From NCBI GenBank assembly GCA_003155695.1, contig PMDZ01000005.1, positions 49,913 through 113,912 of the forward strand: a DNA stretch of 64,000 nt. Reading direction: 5' to 3'. A program made the translations under genes and the position numbers. Of the stretch, positions 18,045 to 25,979 are shown piece by piece. Under the pieces are notes generated by a model, which was given only the letters and a program-made list of their open reading frames with translations, was not told where the DNA came from and searched no databases. Every line of letters begins with the position of its first letter. Position 1 is the first letter of the stretch. This DNA comes from Candidatus Nomurabacteria bacterium. GTDB lineage: Bacteria > Patescibacteriota > Minisyncoccia > Phycocordibacterales > UBA9973.

Positions 18045-21000
18045 TATTTTTTTATAACAATTTTAAATGCTAACTCATCAATCTTTATTTCAGTACCGTC
18101 GTTTTCTTTAATCACTATATCTTTAGCGCTGACAGCTTTCATTAATTCTTTATTGAATTTATTTATCAATTCTTGTCCATCAGTATTAGTACTAATAATT
18201 AAAGTCACCATATCATTTGGATTTAATCCATTCTTTTTCCTTATATCTTGTACTGCTCTTAAAAGTTCACGATACTGGCCTTCCTTTTTTAATTCTTCGG
18301 TAATATGAGTATCTAATTCAACCTTAAATTCTTCTCCTTTTTCAGTCTTGATTTTTTTTATGTTTAATTCATCTCTTATAATTTCCGCATATTCATTTCG
18401 TAATTCGTAATTCGTAATTCGTAATTCTCCAAGCGGTTGTCGAACCGGCAGTCCGGCTTTTTGCCTCTCTTGCAAACCAAGCGTAACAATTTCTCTCACT
18501 TCTTTCATTTCTTCAATTATCTTTTCTTCATTTTTCCCTTTTGATTTTGGCCAATTTTCAAAATGCACACTTTCTTTATCATTTTTATTCTTTAGTTTCT
18601 GCCAAATATCTTCGGAGGCAAAAGGGGTAAAAGGCGCCATCAATTTGGAAAGTGTTTTCAAGACAAAATATAAAGTTGTCTTGGCTTCCGCTTCGCCATC
18701 TTTGATTCTTTCGCGCGAACGGCGCAGATACCAAGTTGAAAGGTCATCGATAAATAGACGTATTGCGCGAACTGGTTCGAGGAGTTTGTAATCATCAAGT
18801 TGTTTTGTTGTATTTTCTATAAGTTCGTTCAGACGGACAATAATCCATTTGTCCAAAATATTTTCGGAACCTTTGTATTCGGAAACTTCCAATGCCGAGT
18901 CTCGGTAAAGTTCGTAAAAGGCCAGAACATTGTAAAGCAGATTGAAAACTTTATTATGCAATTCCGAAACCGTCTTTTCATCAAAGTTTTTCGATTCACC
19001 CGGTTGATTGACTCCATACATCCATAGTCGAATTGTATCAACTCCATATTTATCAATCATTGTCCAAGGGTCGACAACATTTCCTAGAGATTTGGACATT
19101 TTTTTTCCATTGGCATCGAGCAGATGGCCAAGACAAATAACATTCTTGTAAGCTTTGCCTTTGCCCATAATCACTCCGACGGCATGTAGTGTGTAGAACC
19201 AACCCCGAGTTTGGTCGATGGCTTCACATATAAAGTCTGCCGGGTAGTTTTTGTTCACAAAATCTTTATTTTCAAACGGATAATGGTCCTGTGAAAATGG
19301 CATTGTACCGGAATCAAGCCAGACATCCATGACTTCTTTTGCTCGCTCCAATTTTCCACCGCAATCACAGACAAGTTCAACCTCATCTATATATGGTTTG
19401 TGTAAATCGAGCTCGTAATCCTCATTATGAGGAAGAGGAATAAAATCAAATTCTTCTATCTCGGCGTTATCGAATTCTCTAATTGGACCTTTCTTTTCCA
19501 GGTCAGAAAAAGAAAAACCATTAGCTATAAACTGTAACCCCGCAGTTACACCACCATGACAAACAATTAAAATATTTTTATTTTTATATTCTGAATCAAT
19601 TTCATAAATGTAATCACCTAATCTCTTTACCAATTGAGTAAAACTTTCACCATTCATAACTTCATTATCTGGAATATGAATATAATCATGCTCATAATAT
19701 TGGGTAACTTCTGTTTTTGATTTTCCTTCAAAACCACTTCCTATCTCCCACTCTCGTATACGTTTATCGTAAATAATTTTTTCTTGAGGAAATTTAATTA
19801 TTTTACTGGCTATTTCAGCTGTTTGTTTAGCCCTTAAAAAGGGAGAAGAAATTATCACATCAATCTTTTCGTTAAAATTATTCATGGATTTTATCACTTC
19901 TTCTTTACCTAACTCTGTCAATATTGCATTATGTTGGGAATCCATATAAAAATTTTTTTCAACATTATTACTTGCCTGCCCATGCCTCATGACAAAATAC
20001 TTATTCCCAGATTTTTTGGTTTTTGATTTTAAATCTTCGATGCTTCCGATGACATCAACTTTTTTACACTTATCGCAAATCCAGACCGGAAGTGGTGTCC
20101 CCCAGTATCGCTCGCGGGATATTGCCCAGTCCTTTATTTCACGGAGCCATTCGCCGAAACGCCCTTCTTTAATGTATGACGGTTCCCAATTTATTCCTTC
20201 ATTTTCTTTGACCATCTTGTCCCGAAGTTCCGACATTCTGATATACCAGGAATCGCGGGCATAATAAATCAGCGCCGTTTTACATCGCCAACAGTGTGGG
20301 TATGAGTGCTCATATTTTTCTTTCTTGAAGAGAAGACCACGATGTGCCAAATCTTTAATGATATCAACAGCTACCGCTTCATCACGAACAAACCTTCCTT
20401 CAAGAAAATCTGTTCCACCTAAAAATTTTCCATCAAGCCCCACCAGGTGATGTTTCGGCAAACCTATTTCATTTCCCAAGACAAAGTCATCGATACCGTA
20501 CATCACTGCCGTGTGAACCACACCTGTTCCATCTTCGGTATTGACGAAACCGGCACTGTAAACTTTGTAAGCTTTGCTCAATTTTTGTTTTTCGATATCC
20601 GAGATTGTATTCGAAAGGTATGGGTAGAGAGGTTCATATTCAAGTCCGATTAAATCTTTACCTTTCATTTCACCCACCACTTCGTATTCCCCCTCGACAA
20701 CTTGCAACCTTTCTTTGGCCAGAATATAAAATTCATTTTCTTTTTTTATTTTTACGTAGTCGATTTTCTTCCCGATAGCCAGAGCCACATTTCCTGGTAG
20801 TGTCCACGGCGTCGTCGTCCAAGCTAAGATGTAAGTAGGCGTAACATTTTCTGATTTCTCCGTCGCGTCGGAGCCCTTTAGGGTAAAGCGCGAAGAAATC
20901 TGAAAATGTGAAGCCGTTGAAACTTTAAATTTCGCATACACCGACAAATCTTTGACATTCTCATATCCTTGAGCCAGCTCATGCGAAGAAAGCGCCGTTC

Positions 21001-21553
21001 CGCAACGTGGGCACCAAGGCACAACCTTGTAATCTTTATAAAGTAATTTCTTTTTGTCGGCTTCCTTGATAACATTCCAAACCGATTCAATATAATCATT
21101 ATGATATGTGACATACGGATTCTTTTGGTCCAGCCAGTAGCCGATTCGCTCGGTAAATTTCTCCCAAAGGTCGGTATATTCCCAAACGCTTTCTTTGCAT
21201 TCATGATTAAATTTTGCAATTCCGTATTCTTCAATCGCTTTCTTCGAAGAAAGTCCCAATTTCTTTTCCACTTGGAGTTCCACTGGCAATCCGTGGGTAT
21301 CCCAACCGCCTTTCCTTCTGACATGGAAACCTTGCATTGTTTTATAGCGAGGTATTATATCTTTGAAAGCCCGAGCTTCAAGATGGTGAATTCCAGGTTT
21401 GCCGTTGGCCGTTGGTGGTCCCTCATAGAAAACATACTCACCCTTTGGAGCATCCTTCTCCAGGCTTTTCTCGAAAGTGTTATTTTCCTTCCAAAATTGC
21501 AAAATCGCTTCTTCCCGAAGCGCCGAAACCGATTTTTTTGCCTCTTTGTCCAT
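18044..21553 (-). CDS. ileS: Isoleucyl-tRNA synthetase type 2 with inserted histidine phosphatase domain
   Basis: EGPPTANG.PGIHH, GWDTHGLPVE, WTTTPWTLP, GTGVVH, WAISRERYWG, DQTRGWFY, KMSKS; 1169 aa. Confidence 0.95.
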   Translation of the reverse strand: MDKEAKKSVSALREEAILQFWKENNTFEKSLEKDAPKGEYVFYEGPPTANGKPGIHHLEARAFKDIIPRYKTMQGFHVRRKGGWDTHGLPVELQVEKKLGLSSKKAIEEYGIAKFNHECKESVWEYTDLWEKFTERIGYWLDQKNPYVTYHNDYIESVWNVIKEADKKKLLYKDYKVVPWCPRCGTALSSHELAQGYENVKDLSVYAKFKVSTASHFQISSRFTLKGSDATEKSENVTPTYILAWTTTPWTLPGNVALAIGKKIDYVKIKKENEFYILAKERLQVVEGEYEVVGEMKGKDLIGLEYEPLYPYLSNTISDIEKQKLSKAYKVYSAGFVNTEDGTGVVHTAVMYGIDDFVLGNEIGLPKHHLVGLDGKFLGGTDFLEGRFVRDEAVAVDIIKDLAHRGLLFKKEKYEHSYPHCWRCKTALIYYARDSWYIRMSELRDKMVKENEGINWEPSYIKEGRFGEWLREIKDWAISRERYWGTPLPVWICDKCKKVDVIGSIEDLKSKTKKSGNKYFVMRHGQASNNVEKNFYMDSQHNAILTELGKEEVIKSMNNFNEKIDVIISSPFLRAKQTAEIASKIIKFPQEKIIYDKRIREWEIGSGFEGKSKTEVTQYYEHDYIHIPDNEVMNGESFTQLVKRLGDYIYEIDSEYKNKNILIVCHGGVTAGLQFIANGFSFSDLEKKGPIREFDNAEIEEFDFIPLPHNEDYELDLHKPYIDEVELVCDCGGKLERAKEVMDVWLDSGTMPFSQDHYPFENKDFVNKNYPADFICEAIDQTRGWFYTLHAVGVIMGKGKAYKNVICLGHLLDANGKKMSKSLGNVVDPWTMIDKYGVDTIRLWMYGVNQPGESKNFDEKTVSELHNKVFNLLYNVLAFYELYRDSALEVSEYKGSENILDKWIIVRLNELIENTTKQLDDYKLLEPVRAIRLFIDDLSTWYLRRSRERIKDGEAEAKTTLYFVLKTLSKLMAPFTPFASEDIWQKLKNKNDKESVHFENWPKSKGKNEEKIIEEMKEVREIVTLGLQERQKAGLPVRQPLGELRITNYELRNEYAEIIRDELNIKKIKTEKGEEFKVELDTHITEELKKEGQYRELLRAVQDIRKKNGLNPNDMVTLIISTNTDGQELINKFNKELMKAVSAKDIVIKENDGTEIKIDELAFKIVIKK
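18397..18427. repeat. Four tandem TTCGTAA heptamers inside ileS (encode ELRITNYELR)
   Basis: ttcgtaa x4 plus ttc. Confidence 0.9.
20838..20915. repeat. 78 bp palindromic element in-frame within ileS
   Basis: ggc-GTA-acattttctgatttct ... agaaatctgaaaatgt-GAA-gcc, inner tcgcg/cgcga stem. Confidence 0.75.
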
Positions 21554-21611
21554 ATAAGGATGATTTTAGCAGAATATTTGCATTTTTCCTAGATTCAGGT
21601 AGTATTGGATA

Positions 21612-21862
21612 CGAATGAATTGCTCTTTACAAATCCAAGGATTGACGTCTTCGATTTGACTGACACACTTGTATATGAGCCACCAATACATCATAATACG
21701 TAGAATTTTCTGTTAAATTTCAATTCAAACAATTCGGCTCAAATACATTAAAATCGAGCAATTCATTTACTTTGGGTGGTATATATTTCTCAACAATCAA
21801 ACCGTCAGGACCCAAAGTTTTAGCCCTTCCCTCGCCGCCAGGCATCGAAGGGCTATTTTTTT
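21612..21862 (+). ncRNA. Candidate structured RNA (~250 nt) between ileS and argS, opposite strand to both
   Basis: TTGCAT-16-TAGTAT upstream; stems 21614-25/21756-67, 21670-81/21736-47, 21769-77/21810-18; terminator with T7 tract on the + strand. Confidence 0.5.
21821..21862 (+). terminator. Intrinsic terminator oriented for a + strand transcript
   Basis: TAGCCCTTC...GAAGGGCTA followed by TTTTTTT. Confidence 0.7.
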
Positions 21863-23666
21863 ACATTTTATCCGGAGTTTTAATGCCGAGCAACCAAAGA
21901 CCGTTTTTCATGGTTTGATAAAAGGCTTTCACAAGCTCGAGTTGATAGCTCATATATTTGTTTCCTGTCTCCAGTATTTTTGTATTCCCATAAAAAGTAT
22001 TGAAAGCACTAGCCAGCTCGGTCAGATAAGTCGCTAGATGATGCGGTTCGAGTGTTTCGTATGAATGCTCTATTACTTCCGGAAATTGGTAAATCAATTT
22101 TTCCAAGCCGATAATTTCTTCCGGAGCCTCGCCTTTCCCCTCAATTTTAAATTCTTTTGATTTTTCCAAAATTGAATTGGCTCGGACTGCCGTGTATTGC
22201 AGATATGGACCGGAATCTCCTTCGAAAGATATAGACTTCTCAAAATCATAAACTATATCACTACCGAGAGATGATTTAAGTATGGAATACTTGAGCGCCG
22301 ATACCCCGACAATTTCCGCAATTTTCTTTTTTTCACTCTCTTCCAAATCACGGTCCTTCAATTTCTCATACACCACATCCATGGAATCGCGAAGCAGCGA
22401 TTCGCCGGTCACAACATTGCCTTTTCGTGAGGACATCTTGCCGGAAGCGAATTTCATCATGCCGTGGGTTATGTGCTTCATTCTTTTCTCGTAATCGGGG
22501 TGAATAAGAGAAATCGCTTTCTGAACTACCTTCATATATTCGGCTTGCTCGGTAGCGGTAACAACAATAGACAAATCAGGATTTTCTTTTTCGAACTTCG
22601 TCATCGTCAATCCGATTTCTTTCGTCTCATACGTAGGCAAACCTTGAGAATTTATAAATACGCGGGTATGAAGTTTTTTGTCGTAATTCTCGCCGTGAAA
22701 AATGACAGCACCGTCGGATTCGTCGAAAACCTTACCAACACTATCTCTAACAACTTTCTCCCCCTTTACCGCCATATCGCTTTCAAAGAAATAGTAATCG
22801 AATTTCGTTCCCAAAATTTTATATATTTCTTCGAATGCTTCAAGTGTAACTTTCCTGCCCCAATCATAATATTTTTTTATTTTTTCATCACACTCACCAT
22901 TTTTATTAAAATAATTATATATTTGTTTATTAATACTTTCTATTTCTTTTTTAATATTTTCGTCAGTATCGTACGCCTCAGAACCAATATGATAACAATA
23001 ACCAATATATTGTGCATTTTCTGAAACAGATTCTTTTTCTAACGGTCTTTTAACTTCAATCGTTTTACTTGGATCATTATTAAAATATATATTTAGTTTT
23101 CCTAATTTATCAACATGATTAATTCCCCAGATAGCCTTGGCTACATGCGGGCCAATATCCCCTTGATAGTTGGCCCGAACGGTTTTGGCACCGGAGAATT
23201 CGACGATACGGGAAATTGATTCACCGATGGCATTCGTCATTAAATGCCCGATATGAAATGGTTTGAACGGGTTCGGGTCGGTATATTCCACCATTATTTT
23301 TTTACTTTTTAGCAATTTATTTTTCCCCCAATTTTCTTTTTGTTTTAAAATATTTTCAACACTATCTTCAAAAAATTCTCGTGACAAATAAAAGTTTATA
23401 AACCCAGGACCTGCAATTTCGACTTTCTCTATTTCTTTCAGTAAATCTTTTTCTAATTCTTTTTTTATTACCTCAGCTAACTCGTGAGTTGTTTTCCAAA
23501 TTCTTGCTTTTCCGCTTTGAGCAACGCTTCGGAAAGAAATTAAGGCAACGTTTGTTGAATAATCTCCATTTTTTAAATCTTCCGGATGTAGAACAGCAAA
23601 ATTTGAATCTTCTATATTAAGATTTTTCAAAATTTCTGTTATTTGATTTTTTATTTTCTCCTGCAT
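21861..23666 (-). CDS. argS: Arginyl-tRNA synthetase
   Basis: GDYSTN, AGPGFINF, EYTDPNPFKPFHIGH, KMSSRKG, GDSGPYLQY. Confidence 0.97.
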   Translation of the reverse strand: MQEKIKNQITEILKNLNIEDSNFAVLHPEDLKNGDYSTNVALISFRSVAQSGKARIWKTTHELAEVIKKELEKDLLKEIEKVEIAGPGFINFYLSREFFEDSVENILKQKENWGKNKLLKSKKIMVEYTDPNPFKPFHIGHLMTNAIGESISRIVEFSGAKTVRANYQGDIGPHVAKAIWGINHVDKLGKLNIYFNNDPSKTIEVKRPLEKESVSENAQYIGYCYHIGSEAYDTDENIKKEIESINKQIYNYFNKNGECDEKIKKYYDWGRKVTLEAFEEIYKILGTKFDYYFFESDMAVKGEKVVRDSVGKVFDESDGAVIFHGENYDKKLHTRVFINSQGLPTYETKEIGLTMTKFEKENPDLSIVVTATEQAEYMKVVQKAISLIHPDYEKRMKHITHGMMKFASGKMSSRKGNVVTGESLLRDSMDVVYEKLKDRDLEESEKKKIAEIVGVSALKYSILKSSLGSDIVYDFEKSISFEGDSGPYLQYTAVRANSILEKSKEFKIEGKGEAPEEIIGLEKLIYQFPEVIEHSYETLEPHHLATYLTELASAFNTFYGNTKILETGNKYMSYQLELVKAFYQTMKNGLWLLGIKTPDKM

Positions 23667-23667
23667 T

Positions 23668-24090
23668 TTATTTTTTGCCGGTCGAACCGAACATTCCTTC
23701 CCCTCGAGCCGAATCGCTTAATGTGTCCGTTTCTTCGAGTTCGGCAATCGCAACCGGGTAAATAATCAGTTGAGCAACCTTATCTCCAACTTCTACAGTA
23801 TATGGCTCAGAGCTCAGATTTACAAGGAGGGTATTGTATTCACCGCGGTATCCGGCATCAAATACTCCACCAATCTGGTGAAGCCCAGCTTTTGATATAC
23901 TACTTTTATCTTTAACGACAGCGGCATATCCTTCGGGAAATTCCATTGCAAATCCATGCCAAAAACGCTGGTGCCCCATCGGCGGAATCGTCACCGTCTC
24001 CATCGCGTACAAATCCATCCCGACGTCCCCCGGATGATGATATTTCGGCAATTTTGCATTTTCTTTCAATTTTTTAACTTTGATTTTCAT
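23668..24090 (-). CDS. dut: Trimeric dUTP diphosphatase
   Basis: GMDL, DKSS, GGVFDAGYRGE, AQL, RGEGMFGSTG motifs. Confidence 0.95.
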   Translation of the reverse strand: MKIKVKKLKENAKLPKYHHPGDVGMDLYAMETVTIPPMGHQRFWHGFAMEFPEGYAAVVKDKSSISKAGLHQIGGVFDAGYRGEYNTLLVNLSSEPYTVEVGDKVAQLIIYPVAIAELEETDTLSDSARGEGMFGSTGKK

Positions 24091-24565
24091 GATTTTTTAG
24101 TAACTGCATATATTTTTTAAAATCGTTCAAAAACATTTCCGGTTTTTCCTTCAATAATTCATTTAACTCGTTTACTGAAAACCACTTCAGCTGTTCAACT
24201 TCTTCGTCTTGTTTTTTAAATTTGTAATCGTGGTCAACAATTACGCTAAAAAAATATGAGAAACAATCATCTAGCCGAATCTTGGGACCTGGTTTGAAAG
24301 TTAATCCTTTTAACCCGATTTCTTCTTCTGCTTCTCTTATCATACACGATTCATATGTTTCCCTTTCTTCAACAACACCCCCGGCTGCAGGCCCCCATAA
24401 TCCTGGCGCGTGTCTTCGATTAAGAGCTCTCTGTGCCAAAAGAACATTCCCATCCTTATCCGTAATCCAAAGCCCTGTTGCCCGAACTAGCTCTTCAATA
24501 GTTCTATCTTTTCTTTCTTTGTAACCTATTATTTCATCTTTTTCATTTACAATTGGAATGTTCAT
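24074..24565 (-). CDS. NUDIX hydrolase, IDI-like fold
   Basis: IVNEKDEIIG start, LLAQRA, PGLWG, REAEEEIG. Confidence 0.82.
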   Translation of the reverse strand: MNIPIVNEKDEIIGYKERKDRTIEELVRATGLWITDKDGNVLLAQRALNRRHAPGLWGPAAGGVVEERETYESCMIREAEEEIGLKGLTFKPGPKIRLDDCFSYFFSVIVDHDYKFKKQDEEVEQLKWFSVNELNELLKEKPEMFLNDFKKYMQLLKNHENQS

Positions 24566-24568
24566 AAA

Positions 24569-25276
24569 CTATTTTATTATTTTTTTAACTTCTTTATAAA
24601 CCAAATCATGAACTTGTTCGCGGGACAGTATCTTACCTTTCTCAGAACATTCGATTCTGATAAAATTGGGAATTTCTTTTTCTAATTTAAGCGCGCTTTT
24701 TCGAGAATTGATTAAGAAATTAACATCACTTTCATGAACATCCTTTTTCTTCTTTAAATATTCCCTTTTCATTTTACTTTCATCGCGGTCTTTTAAAAGC
24801 TGAAGGACAATATTTATCGGCAAGCTCAAATATAGTGTCAAATCCGGTCGCGGAATTTTGAAAACTTTGTATTCCATTTCATCGAGCCACTTCATAAAGT
24901 CGGCGCGCTTTTTAGCGCTTTTTATCTTGCCTCCTTGATGAATCTGATTGGCCGAGACATATCTGTTGGCAATGACTATATAACCGCTCTTGAGCCATCC
25001 ACGCATTTCATCGCTTGATTCCCATCTGTCGGCGGCAAATAAAACCGATGCGATTTTCTGGTGAACATTGAGAAAATTATAGTATTGCTCGGACAAACAA
25101 TGCCCAATAAATTTGCCGAAGAAGTTTTTATAGTAAACGGGAAAGTCGACAATTTTTACTTTATATTTGTCTTTTTTCAAGTGTTCGGCAAGATACGTCA
25201 CCTGCGTCGTTTTACCGCTCCCGTCCGTTCCGTCTATTACAATCAATTTCCCTTTATCTTTTTTATTCTTTGTCAT
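24569..25276 (-). CDS. tmk: Thymidylate kinase
   Basis: LIVIDGTDGSGKTTQ P-loop, LFAADR, NRYVSAN, PDLTLYL; start moved to MTKNKK. Confidence 0.92.
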   Translation of the reverse strand: MTKNKKDKGKLIVIDGTDGSGKTTQVTYLAEHLKKDKYKVKIVDFPVYYKNFFGKFIGHCLSEQYYNFLNVHQKIASVLFAADRWESSDEMRGWLKSGYIVIANRYVSANQIHQGGKIKSAKKRADFMKWLDEMEYKVFKIPRPDLTLYLSLPINIVLQLLKDRDESKMKREYLKKKKDVHESDVNFLINSRKSALKLEKEIPNFIRIECSEKGKILSREQVHDLVYKEVKKIIK

Positions 25277-25688
25277 AATAATTCGTTCCTGATTTATATG
25301 CTTCAAGCATAACGTTGGCTGGTAAAAAAATTGGTTGCGGCAAATTATCCAGGCTGTACCATTCCCAACTCTCGCGTTTATTTGGTTCCATAACTTTCGG
25401 TTCTCCGCTTTCCCAATCGGCAATTAATCCTATCAGTATTGCGTGTCGAGGCGGATAAGTTGTTTCGTTCGAGAGACACAAAAATTTTATGTTTTTTATT
25501 TTTATTCCCGCCTCCTCGAGTGTTTCCCTTTCCGCACATTTGTTGAACGATTCCATGTATTCCAAGTGCCCCCCGGTAAAAGCATATTCACCGGCTCCGT
25601 GGGCGTTTTTTCTTTTGCCCATTAAAATCTTTCCATCTTTGAAAATCATTACTCCGACACCAACCTTTATGTTTTTATCTGTTTCCAT
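25263..25688 (-). CDS. NUDIX hydrolase, NUDT15/MutT-like
   Basis: VGVGV, GKRK..HGAG, GGHLE..ES...CAERETLEEAG, EP..MEP.K; start moved to METDKN. Confidence 0.88.
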   Translation of the reverse strand: METDKNIKVGVGVMIFKDGKILMGKRKNAHGAGEYAFTGGHLEYMESFNKCAERETLEEAGIKIKNIKFLCLSNETTYPPRHAILIGLIADWESGEPKVMEPNKRESWEWYSLDNLPQPIFLPANVMLEAYKSGTNYYDKE

Positions 25689-25721
25689 TATGTCCTTCAG
25701 TATAACATCAAATTTAGATAT

Positions 25722-25757
25722 AAAAAAAGTCCCCTGGTCATGTGTTAGACGAGGGGA
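25722..25757 (-). terminator. Intrinsic terminator
   Basis: TCCCCTCGTC-taacacat-GACCAGGGGA-C-TTTTTTT on the minus strand. Confidence 0.75.
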
Positions 25758-25943
25758 AAGCTTTTTGCTTGGGTGCGCACCCTGTGTAGGAATAGCCATT
25801 TGGCTGTTGATACCGTTTTAAAAACGGCTGCTCAAAAAATTGAATTTAATAACTTCTGCTTTAAAGAGTAGTAACTTTGGCCAGAGCCAATTTTGGCAGT
25901 CTTGCTTTCTAATAAGCAGGAAAAAACACATAAGCTATTTCGT
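25722..25943 (-). ncRNA. Candidate orphan small RNA (or 23-codon sORF transcript), ~220 nt
   Basis: Near-consensus promoter upstream, string of short hairpins, GC-rich terminator with T7 tract; downstream gene has its own TGtTATACT. Confidence 0.5.
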
Positions 25944-25948
25944 GTTAT

Positions 25949-25977
25949 ATCCTAGCAAGTTTATAATTTTGTGTCAA
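25949..25977 (-). promoter_or_regulatory. Strong sigma70-type promoter just after glyA stop
   Basis: TTGACA-17 nt-TAGGAT with extended TG. Confidence 0.75.
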
Positions 25978-25979
25978 TC

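Noticed and set aside
6792-18427. Heptamer repeats as a CRISPR array
   Set aside because: 7 nt tandem units without unique spacers; no cas genes in the window
21554-21860. T-box riboswitch upstream of ileS
   Set aside because: No TGGNACC T-box or minus-strand terminator seen; ileS has TGcTAAAAT about 10 nt before its ATG
25277-25799. Long N-terminal extensions of tmk and the NUDIX gene (likewise metG, GlyRS, glyA, folA, sigma 2, pgl) in the ORF track
   Set aside because: They overlap upstream genes, promoters or terminators; downstream ATGs fit the family N-termini
25722-25943. tmRNA, RNase P RNA or a known riboswitch
   Set aside because: No tRNA-like ends, no Ala-ending tag, no GAGGAAAGTC; no recognisable ZTP, THF or c-di-GMP consensus
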